Of a stretch of 36,827 nucleotides of DNA, positions 28,233 to 36,827 are shown one piece after another. This DNA comes from a virus (lineage: Duplodnaviria > Heunggongvirae > Uroviricota > Caudoviricetes), in the IMG/VR virus record IMGVR_UViG_2663763339_000003. One strand, 5' to 3'. The translations under genes and the position numbers were made by a program. Positions within the stretch are counted from its first letter, which is position 1. Each line of letters opens with the position of its first letter. The notes under the pieces were generated by a model. The model searched no databases and was not told the DNA's origin. It saw only the letters and a program-made list of their open reading frames with translations.

Positions 28233-30647
28233 TTAATACAGGTTCCGCCACTTATCATCTTCCTTCAGACGCTGGTTCCGATAGAAGATACGCAAGCCTG
28301 CTCCTGACGGAATACTGCCGCCGCGAAGGAGTAAATCGACCTCTTTCTCGCTGCCATCAAATCCTCTGGACTTCAGTTCATAGACGAGCTGCTGTCGTTG
28401 ATGGTCTGTAATTCGCTGTTTGTAGTCTCTACGCCGTTTCGGTTTAACCAGACGTAACCTTGCAGCCAGTTCCCGGCGCTCTTTTTTGTTCATACTGTGC
28501 AGGTAATCGTGCAACTCCTTGTCATCCATGCAGGTAATATCCGTTCTGGTGTCCCCATCAGCTGATTTATCTTTCTCCTGTTGGTTCAAATTTTCAGCAA
28601 GGGGACAGTTATTGCCACGAGTCCAAGGGGCGCAAGCGCCCTGGTCGGCTGCCGCCTCCTGAACGTCAACGGCCTTACGAACCATTTTCCACTTCACCGC
28701 ATGAGTGCAGATCTTGCCCTCTGCAATGGGTGACCAGATGCCATAAATACGAATGCCGTGATCGCCATAGGCGGTCGGCTCTTCGTTAATTTCATAAGCA
28801 GTTCTGATGAGGTGATATTTGCGGGGAACCAGTACGCCGCCCTGCTTCATGATGTAAGTGGCAAAACAACCAGCATCAGCAGCAGCCAGGATTGCATCAA
28901 GGCGCGGGTTATCCAGTACCGGCGCACCTGCTTTTTTGTCCCCCTGTTGCCTTGCCGCCTGACCAGCCAGCAATCGCAGTTCACGGTAAGCCTGACGCCC
29001 CGGAATGCCAAAGAAGCGGAATTGCTGAACACGATGCAAAGACGCCCAGGCATTCACGTATTCAGCGTTATCACGCAGAGATTTACCCGTTTCCTTGCTG
29101 ATCTCGCCAGCCAGACCACGCCCGTCAATGTTCTTGCTGATATATTTCGCGATGTAGCTTGTCGGCGTTCCTTTGCGCGGGTTAATCAACTCAGACTTAA
29201 ATCGTGGTCCCGTGTTATTCCCCAGCTCCTCGCGGTCTTCACGAATGGCAAACTTACGCAATAAAGCAGTAATGGCGCGGCGATCTTTTTTGCGCATAAA
29301 ACACAACAGGTGCCAGTGAACTGTACCGTCATGATGCGGCTCAGCCACCCGCACGCCATACCAGCGCAATCCGGCTTTGTGCATCGCCTTACGAAATGCA
29401 GCAAACATGCCGACCAGATAATCACTGCTTTGTCTTACCGTTGCATTTGTCCAGGTCGGGTTGGGCCTGCCGTTATTTAGCGTGGAATGGAAACGTGACG
29501 GACAGGTGATGGTGTAGAAAACGGCGCAGTCACCGCGCATTTCCGCGATAAGCTCCAGGCCTTTAACACAGGCCATCATCTCATTGCGGCGATGCGCAGG
29601 GTTGCTGCTGCTGGCGTTTACCACATCCTCCATGTCCAGCGTATCGCCGTCTTCGTTCACCAGTTCATGAGAACGAAAAAACTCCAGCGACTTACGGCGC
29701 TGCTCACGTTTATGCATCACGGCTTCATAGCTGACATAAGGAGATGCTTTTTTGCTAACCAGGCAGACAGCGCGCAACTGCTCTTCCCGCCATTCGCAAC
29801 GCATCTTCCATAATTTCCGATACCACCAGTCGGCGCACAACATACGCGCCAGCGAACCCGGAATGAGTTCATAGGGCACGGGTTTACGGCGGTTTCTTTT
29901 CCGGCGGAGTTGCTCAAACGCAGGAGGAATGACACCCAGACGCAGGGTTTCCGCCGCCACCCTTTCCCATGTCTTGCGGATTTCTTCTGGCTTAACGTCA
30001 TCGGTGGCATACAAATCGCCACAAGCTGCATCAAGACACATGCTCATATGCGCAGCAACAAGGGTGGACAGGCGTTTCACCTGATCCTGACTCATTTCAG
30101 GCAGGATCAGCAGGCCGTCCAGCCCTTCATGGCTTGCCATAAAGCGAAAAGAAGTGGATAGCTGACAGTCGCGTACATGCTCCAGTCGTTCCAGACATGG
30201 CTTAATCGTCTCACGCAAATAGCGGGAATAAGCCTTTGGCCTGCCCAGGCTGCTGAAGTATTCGATACGTTGCATCAGCGGCTTGCTGATATGGGAAGGC
30301 TGGGCATTGACGTCCGCCAGAATGACCATATCTGGATTAAAACGCTGCTGCTCATGCGCCAGCTTTGCCCGGCTAATGAGCTTATCCTGCTCCATTTCGC
30401 GTTGGACAGGATCACGGGATTCATTAAAGAAATAACGCTCCCAGACCTGATCACTTAGTGCCTCGCGACGCAGTTGTTCCTGCTCATTATCGACAGCGTA
30501 CAGAGTGATCAGGTTTGAAAGCGCAGAAACCGGCGCAACTTCCGCCAGGTCCAGATAAGGGTTAATGGCCTTTTTCGGGCTGTTCCATGAGAATGCTGCG
30601 GCGACCTCGTTAAAGCCGCTGCAGTTGTTCATATCATCATGGCTCAT
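28233..30647 (-). CDS. A: replication initiation endonuclease A (rolling-circle type)
   Basis: 804-aa ORF recognised as P2 gpA-like. Confidence 0.9.
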   Translation of the reverse strand: MSHDDMNNCSGFNEVAAAFSWNSPKKAINPYLDLAEVAPVSALSNLITLYAVDNEQEQLRREALSDQVWERYFFNESRDPVQREMEQDKLISRAKLAHEQQRFNPDMVILADVNAQPSHISKPLMQRIEYFSSLGRPKAYSRYLRETIKPCLERLEHVRDCQLSTSFRFMASHEGLDGLLILPEMSQDQVKRLSTLVAAHMSMCLDAACGDLYATDDVKPEEIRKTWERVAAETLRLGVIPPAFEQLRRKRNRRKPVPYELIPGSLARMLCADWWYRKLWKMRCEWREEQLRAVCLVSKKASPYVSYEAVMHKREQRRKSLEFFRSHELVNEDGDTLDMEDVVNASSSNPAHRRNEMMACVKGLELIAEMRGDCAVFYTITCPSRFHSTLNNGRPNPTWTNATVRQSSDYLVGMFAAFRKAMHKAGLRWYGVRVAEPHHDGTVHWHLLCFMRKKDRRAITALLRKFAIREDREELGNNTGPRFKSELINPRKGTPTSYIAKYISKNIDGRGLAGEISKETGKSLRDNAEYVNAWASLHRVQQFRFFGIPGRQAYRELRLLAGQAARQQGDKKAGAPVLDNPRLDAILAAADAGCFATYIMKQGGVLVPRKYHLIRTAYEINEEPTAYGDHGIRIYGIWSPIAEGKICTHAVKWKMVRKAVDVQEAAADQGACAPWTRGNNCPLAENLNQQEKDKSADGDTRTDITCMDDKELHDYLHSMNKKERRELAARLRLVKPKRRRDYKQRITDHQRQQLVYELKSRGFDGSEKEVDLLLRGGSIPSGAGLRIFYRNQRLKEDDKWRNLY

Positions 30648-31501
30648 GCACGCACTCCGTACATGGCAGAACTATCCATGCCACGCGAAGGATCAAATTC
30701 CACCCAGCAGCGCGCCCCGGAAACAGCAATGATTTCTGTTGCAGATTTACTCTCGCCAGCCGACACGCCGATGCTGCGTTTTGCCTTGATGTAGTGGTGA
30801 GTGAAATTGCGATACAGCGAACGAATCAGGGATGTGTCACTGTTAGAAACAATGACCGGATGACCTTCAGATGATCGATGTTCAAGAACAGATGCCAGGT
30901 GATACTGGTCATCTTCAGTGAAGCCATCAGTGTGATAGCCGGAAAACGTACCGTCATAAGGCGGATCGCAATACACCACATCCCCCACCTTCAACATCGC
31001 CAGCGTTTCATCAAAGCTGGCGCAGATAAACGTTGCCCGCTGGGCTTTCTCTGCAAATGCGCGAATTTCTTTTTCAGGGAAATACGGATTTTTATAATTA
31101 CCGTAGGGAATGTTGAAATACCCGCTCTTGTTATAGCGACATAACCCACGGTAACCATGACGATTGAGATACAGAAAATATACCGCTTTCATGAAATCAG
31201 TAATTTCAGTGGAGTAATTAAACTCCTGCCTTATGTTGTAATAAGCCACCTCCCTGTTTGCTTCCTCAAATAAAGCTCTGGCACGAGATATAAACGCCTC
31301 ACAATCAGCAGCAACCTTTTTATAGAGGTTGATTAAATCAGGATTAATATCCGCAACAAGATAGCTAGGGTAATCCGTCTCCATCATCACTGCACAGGAA
31401 CCCGCGAAAGGTTCAACCAGTCGCGGGCCAGCAGGAAGGTGTTTTTTCAGTTCGGAAATAATGGCGGTTTTATTTCCCGCCCATTTCAGGATGGTGCTCA
31501 T
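30644..31501 (-). CDS. Dam-family DNA adenine methyltransferase
   Basis: SAM-binding motif VEPFAGS and catalytic DPPY; start taken at [11 protein letters not shown] (ORF track extends to 31561); ATGA overlap with A. Confidence 0.85.
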   Translation of the reverse strand: MSTILKWAGNKTAIISELKKHLPAGPRLVEPFAGSCAVMMETDYPSYLVADINPDLINLYKKVAADCEAFISRARALFEEANREVAYYNIRQEFNYSTEITDFMKAVYFLYLNRHGYRGLCRYNKSGYFNIPYGNYKNPYFPEKEIRAFAEKAQRATFICASFDETLAMLKVGDVVYCDPPYDGTFSGYHTDGFTEDDQYHLASVLEHRSSEGHPVIVSNSDTSLIRSLYRNFTHHYIKAKRSIGVSAGESKSATEIIAVSGARCWVEFDPSRGMDSSAMYGVRA

Positions 31502-31725
31502 ACAGCACCTCCGTTGTAATGTTTGCCTTTCAGCTCTGCAATTTCCTGGCAGGTAATGCAAAGCTGCACACCCGGAATGGCACGGCGGCGTGCTGGCGGA
31601 ATTGGCGCTTCACACTCAATGCAAAGCACGCGAGACACGCCCGGTGTTTTGGCACGGGCAGCACGGATATGGCGCTGGCGTTCTTCTTCAACGCGCTGCT
31701 GTACGAGATCCATTGCATCAGCCAT
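31498..31725 (-). CDS. TraR/DksA-family C4 zinc-finger protein
   Basis: CIECEAPI ... CITCQ four-cysteine motif in a 75-aa protein. Confidence 0.7.
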   Translation of the reverse strand: MADAMDLVQQRVEEERQRHIRAARAKTPGVSRVLCIECEAPIPPARRRAIPGVQLCITCQEIAELKGKHYNGGAV

Positions 31726-31964
31726 TAGTGGATCTCCTGCGCTTCGTTCTGGATTGCTTCAGCAGTCACACGCAGCAGTTCTGCCGCTTCCACGTGGTTT
31801 AGCTGACGGGATGAGATATGACACGCCAGGCTATCAAGGCGAGCTGCCATTGCTTCAGCCCTTGCCCGGCGTTCTTCCAGACGAGCCTCTGTCAGTAAAA
31901 TATTAAGCCCTGCATCATCCGGTCCGGTTTTAGTCGTGAGGATTTCAATATTACGCATAATCAA
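31725..31964 (-). CDS. hypothetical early-operon protein
   Basis: 79-aa ORF tightly packed in the early operon. Confidence 0.5.
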   Translation of the reverse strand: MIMRNIEILTTKTGPDDAGLNILLTEARLEERRARAEAMAARLDSLACHISSRQLNHVEAAELLRVTAEAIQNEAQEIH

Positions 31965-32025
31965 TTCTCCTGAATTTAGATAAAGGGATGCTCGGCGGGT
32001 TTACGCCATTAATTTCATTAGTTGG

Positions 32026-32367
32026 TTAATTCGGCATGGTTAGCCGTCTGGGAAATAAGCTCACCACTGCACGAAAATGATTCATTGCTTTAATCAACTC
32101 CCGCTTTTCGTCAGTGGTCAGCTCATTGATGCTGATGCTATGACGTTCAGCCGGAATTTTTGCCATAAAGAATATGGCTGCCAGTGCTCGTTTATTTTGT
32201 TCGTTATTGATATCCCGTGGATCACGCATATCTTTAATAAACCGCTCAAGCTCTGACTCAATATTCAGGCCAAAAACTTTCGCCCTTAATTCCGCTATGT
32301 GATTAAGTCCATTCAGGCGTTCACCGGGGCTTAATGGAACAGTAGCCGCAGCGCCTTCAATAGCCAT
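32026..32367 (-). CDS. hypothetical early-operon protein
   Basis: 113-aa ORF in the early operon. Confidence 0.5.
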   Translation of the reverse strand: MAIEGAAATVPLSPGERLNGLNHIAELRAKVFGLNIESELERFIKDMRDPRDINNEQNKRALAAIFFMAKIPAERHSISINELTTDEKRELIKAMNHFRAVVSLFPRRLTMPN

Positions 32368-32531
32368 TTGTTCCCCCGTTTTTTCGTAGATAGTTCTGCC
32401 AGCAATTCATCTTGTGAACGGCACGGATGCCAGCGTTTACCATCCTCACCCATGATCCAGCCGTGACCGTAGTGCATTGCCGGGCTTTGTTTTACCAGCA
32501 GCGATGCAAATGATGGTTCTTTCGTCAGCAT
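32331..32531 (-). CDS. hypothetical small early protein
   Basis: ORF immediately downstream of CII; start taken at the internal Met (ORF track extends to 32561). Confidence 0.4.
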   Translation of the reverse strand: MLTKEPSFASLLVKQSPAMHYGHGWIMGEDGKRWHPCRSQDELLAELSTKKRGNKWLLKALRLLFH

Positions 32532-32538
32532 AAGCACC

Positions 32539-33051
32539 TCACAGCAAACCGAATGAAGCACCGAGGCCAGTCACGGTATCAACTGCACTCGCCATCGCAG
32601 GATTAGCCTGTAAACGGGCCTGCAATGAAACAGCAGCCAGCGCCATCAGTCGTGTTACAGAGTTAATGCTGCTGATAGCATCACGACGACCAGCACTGGT
32701 TTTTACATCACCAGATACCGCACCTGCTGCAACACGTCCGATCTCTGCAGTTGCGCTCATGACGTAATGCGGCAGTTTCTCCTTTGCAACCTCATTAATC
32801 GGTACACATGGCAGGCAGTGAATCTGTGCCAGAAAACCATCTACCAGGGTTGAATCTTCAGTCAGATCGGTAAGCAGCCAGATTTCTGGTGCGGTTAATA
32901 AATGAGGTTGAGATGGGTTCAGCTTGTTCCGCAGAATCTGCACATTCATGCCAGCACGTTCTGCCAGTTGCACCAGGTTGTGGCGCAATGCGAATGCACG
33001 ACAGGCTTCATCAAAATGTGGATGTTTGGAAACTTGGTAATCAAACATGGT
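32539..33051 (-). CDS. cII: CII-type lysogeny establishment activator (phage 186 CII-like)
   Basis: [20 protein letters not shown]...[23 protein letters not shown] closely resembles 186 CII as I recall it; start at the internal Met. Confidence 0.8.
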
Positions 33052-33080
33052 CGACACCCCTGATGTATCCCAAAATGGAA

Positions 33081-33302
33081 CTAGTTGAATACAACATTGC
33101 AATCAGTAAGTGCATCAACGGTAAGAGCAGCAAGGTTGATCATCACCTTTTCTCTTTTCTTGTCTTTCCGAAGGCGATGCCGAGGGATGCGACCGTCAGC
33201 CAGCATATCGTTAATTGTGTCGATTGAAAGACCAGTAAGTTCGCTATAACGCTCAATTGTGACATGTGGCGTATTCAGAGTTATTGAAATGTTAGGGGTC
33301 AT
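33081..33302 (-). CDS. apl: Apl/Cox-type excisionase and repressor
   Basis: [43 protein letters not shown], divergent from cI; start at the internal Met. Confidence 0.75.
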
Positions 33303-33397
33303 GATGCAACATCTCCTATTGGCTTGTGGTGAGCCTGTAGTAATCGTGACAAGTACCCAAATGGGGACAAAACTGATACTAGGATCGCAAAAGAGAT

Positions 33398-33994
33398 ATG
33401 TCAACATCAAAGTACCCAAGTGAGATCAAAATAAATCCCAATAAAGGTGGTAAGGCTGCGATTGAGCGATTAGTCGAAGCTTATGGCTTTACGACACGAC
33501 AGGCTTTAGCTGATCACTTGGAAGTATCAAAAAGCACTCTGGCGAACAGGTATTTGCGGGATACGTTTCCTGCAGACTGGATAATCCAATGTGCTCTTGA
33601 AACAGGAACCTCACTGAAATGGTTAACCACCGGGCAAGGACTTAAGCAAAGCTCGCTGACAGTAGCCACAGAAGAGCTTCCCAAGTTTCGCCTTACCGCA
33701 GGCAAAATGATTGAAGATGGTTCATATGTATTCGATTCATCATTTCTTCCTGCAAATCTTTCATCACCAATTGTTATTCAGGATGGGCTTGTCACATACA
33801 TTTGTGATCAAAAATTTTCTGAAGTACTTGATGGACACTGGTTAATCAACATCGACGGAACCTATTCCATTCGAAAAATCACAAAGCTTCCAAAAGGTAT
33901 GATTAAAATTACAACTACAGAGAATAGCTTTGAATGTGCATTTTCTGATATTGAAGTGGTTGCTTGTATAAGAAGTACAATAGTTTCAAATTGA
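33398..33994 (+). CDS. cI: CI immunity repressor (186-type)
   Basis: 198-aa ORF; N-terminal HTH region resembles 186 CI (AYGF...LANRY...CALETG); divergent from apl. Confidence 0.8.
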   Translation: MSTSKYPSEIKINPNKGGKAAIERLVEAYGFTTRQALADHLEVSKSTLANRYLRDTFPADWIIQCALETGTSLKWLTTGQGLKQSSLTVATEELPKFRLTAGKMIEDGSYVFDSSFLPANLSSPIVIQDGLVTYICDQKFSEVLDGHWLINIDGTYSIRKITKLPKGMIKITTTENSFECAFSDIEVVACIRSTIVSN

Positions 33995-34014
33995 TATAGT
34001 AAAAGGATTTAAAA

Positions 34015-35691
34015 ATGAATTCATTTTCCATCGTTATATTCTTATTAGCATTTCTCGCCCCTGTTCTAGCTATAATATTATTTAAGCAAAGTAAAGAACA
34101 CAAAGCCGCCATAGATAACCTGACGGCTAACAACATAGCCCTTTCCAGCCAACTGAGTGAAAATCAAGAAAAGTTAGCACAGACTGCTCGAGATCTATCA
34201 GAGCTTGAAGGGCGAGCAGCACCATTATGGCAATACGAAGAATTGCACAGCGCAGTGATGGAGGCAGAGAATAAGATAAAAAATGCAGACTCAATAGCTA
34301 GGCAAAAAATAGAAGAAGCCCAAATAAAGGCAGCTAAGACAGTAAACGAAGCAAGTTATCAAGCTCAGATAACAATAAGCAACGCTAATAGCGAAGCTAT
34401 AGCAATCACCAAAGACGCTCGCGATGCACGCCTGAAAGCCAAAGAACGTCTTGATAATGCCAACAGTAAAGCAAATGAGCTGATCTCAAATGCTAATGAC
34501 AACGCAGTAAAAATTATTTCCGATGCAGAAGAAAGAGCAAAAGAGATTGCTGGTTCAGCATATGAAGCTAAAGAGTTTGCAGAAAAATATGAAGCAGTTG
34601 CCAAATCAATGAAAAATAAAATTGAAGGTTATGGCGATGAATGGATCATCCCTAACCGTAGTGTACTTGATGAATTGGCAGAAAATTATGAGTTTACAGA
34701 TGCAGGCAAGGAATTACAAAAAGCCAGGGAGTTAACAAAATCATTAATAAAAACTAATAAAGCAGCTTCGTGTGATTATGTTGAGCAAAACAGGCGTAAT
34801 ACTGCTATCAACTTTGTTTTGGATGCCTTCAATGGAAGAGTTGACAGTATTTTATCAAAAGTCAAACACAACAATTTTGGAAAACTTTCCCAAGAAATAA
34901 AAGATGCATTTCAACTTGTAAATTATAATGGCTCTGCTTTTAGATCCGCAAAAATAAGTGACATCTATCTTCAGGCACGACTCAACGAGCTAAAATGGGG
35001 AGTTGCAGTTAATGAAATTATGCTCGAAGAAAAAGAGGAGCAAAGAAGGATTAAAGAACAACTTCGTGAAGAGGAAAGAGCTCGTAGAGAGTATGAAAAA
35101 GCGATAAAAGAAGCCGAAAAAGAAGAGAAAGCTATTCAGCAAGCTATAAATAAAGCAACGAAAGAGCTTATGCTTGCAAATGAAGAACAACGCTTAGCTT
35201 TAGAGCAAAAAATAGCTGAACTACAGTTAAAATATGAAGAAGCTGAAGCTAAAAACCAACGAGCTATTTCTATGGCTCAACAAACTAGATCAGGCCATGT
35301 TTATATAATTAGCAATATTGGCTCATTTGGCGAAGATGTATATAAAATTGGAATGACACGCCGCCTTGAACCACTTGATCGTGTTCGTGAACTTGGGGAT
35401 GCTAGTGTTCCTTTTTCGTTCGATGTTCATGCGATGATTTATAGTGATGATGCACCGTCATTAGAAAATCATCTGCATAAAGTCTTCAACGAAAAGCAGG
35501 TCAATAAAATTAACTCACGAAAAGAGTTTTTTAACGTAAATATTAAAGAAATTAAATCGGTTATTGAAGATATGAACATCAATGCCCACTGGACAATGTT
35601 TGCAGAGGCGAAAGAATATAGAGAGTCACTAGCTATTGAGCAGGAACGCAAAGCAGCCACTTCCGCCAACGATGAACTACATGTTGCTTAG
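34015..35691 (+). CDS. membrane-anchored coiled-coil protein with C-terminal T5orf172 (GIY-YIG-like) domain, cargo gene
   Basis: 558 aa; N-terminal TM helix (FSIVIFLLAFLAPVLAIILF), Ala/Glu/Lys-rich coiled coil, C-terminal GHVYIISN...YKIGMTRRLEPLDRVREL motif block; 20 nt after the cI stop. Confidence 0.55.
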   Translation: MNSFSIVIFLLAFLAPVLAIILFKQSKEHKAAIDNLTANNIALSSQLSENQEKLAQTARDLSELEGRAAPLWQYEELHSAVMEAENKIKNADSIARQKIEEAQIKAAKTVNEASYQAQITISNANSEAIAITKDARDARLKAKERLDNANSKANELISNANDNAVKIISDAEERAKEIAGSAYEAKEFAEKYEAVAKSMKNKIEGYGDEWIIPNRSVLDELAENYEFTDAGKELQKARELTKSLIKTNKAASCDYVEQNRRNTAINFVLDAFNGRVDSILSKVKHNNFGKLSQEIKDAFQLVNYNGSAFRSAKISDIYLQARLNELKWGVAVNEIMLEEKEEQRRIKEQLREEERARREYEKAIKEAEKEEKAIQQAINKATKELMLANEEQRLALEQKIAELQLKYEEAEAKNQRAISMAQQTRSGHVYIISNIGSFGEDVYKIGMTRRLEPLDRVRELGDASVPFSFDVHAMIYSDDAPSLENHLHKVFNEKQVNKINSRKEFFNVNIKEIKSVIEDMNINAHWTMFAEAKEYRESLAIEQERKAATSANDELHVA

Positions 35692-35749
35692 CAATGTATG
35701 TTTCATAGCAATCACACATTGATTACTGGTTGTATATACAGTTAAATTT

Positions 35750-35774
35750 AGCCCTCTGATATGAGGGCTTTTTT
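35750..35774 (+). terminator. rho-independent terminator between the cargo gene and int
   Basis: agccctc-tgatat-gagggct followed by ttttt, ending at the int ATG. Confidence 0.55.
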
Positions 35775-36827
35775 ATGGCAGTACGAAAACTCACCACAGG
35801 AAAATGGCTTTGCGAATGTTACCCCGCCGGACGTAGTGGACGTCGTGTGCGTAAACAATTCGCCACCAAAGGCGAAGCACTGGCTTTTGAGCGTCACACG
35901 ATGGAAGAAACCGAAGCAAAGCCCTGGCTAGGTGAATCAGTGGATCGTCGAACACTGAAAGACGTGGTTGAGCTATGGTTCAAACTACATGGTAAATCAC
36001 TGACAGCTGGGCAGCATGTCTATGACAAATTGCTGCTGATGGTTGACGCTCTGGGCAATCCCCTTGCAACTGATCTAACCTCTAAAATGTTTGCCCACTA
36101 TCGAGATAAACGCCTGACAGGTGAGATCTACTTCAGCGAGAAATGGAAGAAAGGAGCAAGCCCGGTCACCATTAACCTGGAGCAAAGCTATCTAAGTAGT
36201 GTTTTTAGCGAACTATCCCGCCTGGGCGAATGGTCGTATCCGAACCCACTGGAGAACATGCGAAAATTCACCATCGCAGAAAAAGAGATGGCATGGCTTA
36301 CCCATGAGCAGATTGTTGAATTACTGGCTGATTGCAAACGTCAGGACCCAATTCTGGCACTGGTAGTTAAGATATGCTTAAGCACAGGCGCACGCTGGCG
36401 AGAAGCCGTAAATCTTACTCGTTCACAGGTGACCAAATACCGAATTACCTTTGTAAGAACGAAGGGGAAGAAAAACAGAAGCATCCCTATCAGTAAAGAG
36501 CTTTACGAAGAGATCATGGCGCTTGATGGGTTCAATTTCTTCACAGACTGCTATTTTCAATTTTTATCCGTGATGGAAAAAACGTCTATCGTGCTCCCTC
36601 GCGGTCAACTCACACACGTTCTGCGCCATACGTTTGCGGCACACTTCATGATGTCGGGTGGAAACATTCTGGCCTTACAAAAAATTCTCGGACACCACGA
36701 TATAAAAATGACTATGCGTTACGCACATCTGGCACCGGATCATCTGGAAACGGCGCTCCGTTTCAATCCTCTGGCAACGCTGCCAAGTGGCGACAAAGTG
36801 GCGGCAGCGGTTGGCATTACCCCGTAA
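35775..36827 (+). CDS. int: tyrosine integrase (P2/186 family)
   Basis: 350-aa ORF with C-terminal R...HxxR...Y catalytic motif region (VLRHTFAAHF...MTMRYAHL); the att core repeat lies in the last codons. Confidence 0.9.
   Translation: MAVRKLTTGKWLCECYPAGRSGRRVRKQFATKGEALAFERHTMEETEAKPWLGESVDRRTLKDVVELWFKLHGKSLTAGQHVYDKLLLMVDALGNPLATDLTSKMFAHYRDKRLTGEIYFSEKWKKGASPVTINLEQSYLSSVFSELSRLGEWSYPNPLENMRKFTIAEKEMAWLTHEQIVELLADCKRQDPILALVVKICLSTGARWREAVNLTRSQVTKYRITFVRTKGKKNRSIPISKELYEEIMALDGFNFFTDCYFQFLSVMEKTSIVLPRGQLTHVLRHTFAAHFMMSGGNILALQKILGHHDIKMTMRYAHLAPDHLETALRFNPLATLPSGDKVAAAVGITP
36788..36809. repeat. att core copy (int-proximal prophage junction)
   Basis: tggcgacaaagtggcggcagcg, 21/22 identical to 2834-2855. 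Confidence 0.6.

Larger units (their letters stand above)
2834..36809. mobile_element. P2/186-family prophage (structural genes P2-like, immunity region 186-like), apparently complete
   Basis: full P2 gene order ogr-D-U-T-E-FII-FI ... O/P-Q-cos-A ... CII-Apl-CI-int, flanked by a 22-bp direct repeat with one mismatch. Confidence 0.85.

Noticed and set aside
1-36827. CRISPR arrays or long tandem repeats
   Set aside because: No regularly spaced direct repeats seen anywhere in the window; the only repeats are the att cores, the inversion sites and the 16-mer noted in the findings.

Overview
The window opens with about 2.8 kb of E. coli-type chromosome (grxA, ybjM, ybjL) and then carries an essentially complete ~34 kb P2/186-family temperate prophage, bounded by a 22-bp direct repeat (putative att core, 2834-2855 and 36788-36809, 21/22 identical). 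The prophage lies in reverse map orientation: ogr, tail genes D-U-T-E/E'-FII-FI, a Hin/Gin-type DNA invertase with a ~1.5 kb invertible tail-fibre cassette, baseplate genes I-J-W-V, S, R, the lysis cassette, X, L, M, N, O, then P and Q, a cos-like site, replication gene A, a Dam-type methyltransferase, 186-type immunity genes (CII, Apl, CI) and integrase. Three AT-rich cargo islands interrupt this backbone: (i) a ParA/MinD-like ATPase plus SIR2-like two-gene operon between Q and cos, (ii) a lipoprotein and a LexA-box/DinI-like module between cos and A, and (iii) a membrane-anchored coiled-coil protein with a T5orf172 (GIY-YIG-like) C-terminal domain between cI and int. The ParA-SIR2 pair is the strongest candidate for an undescribed anti-phage system; I do not recognise it as a named system. 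All calls come from reading the sequence and the ORF translations; no database search was run.
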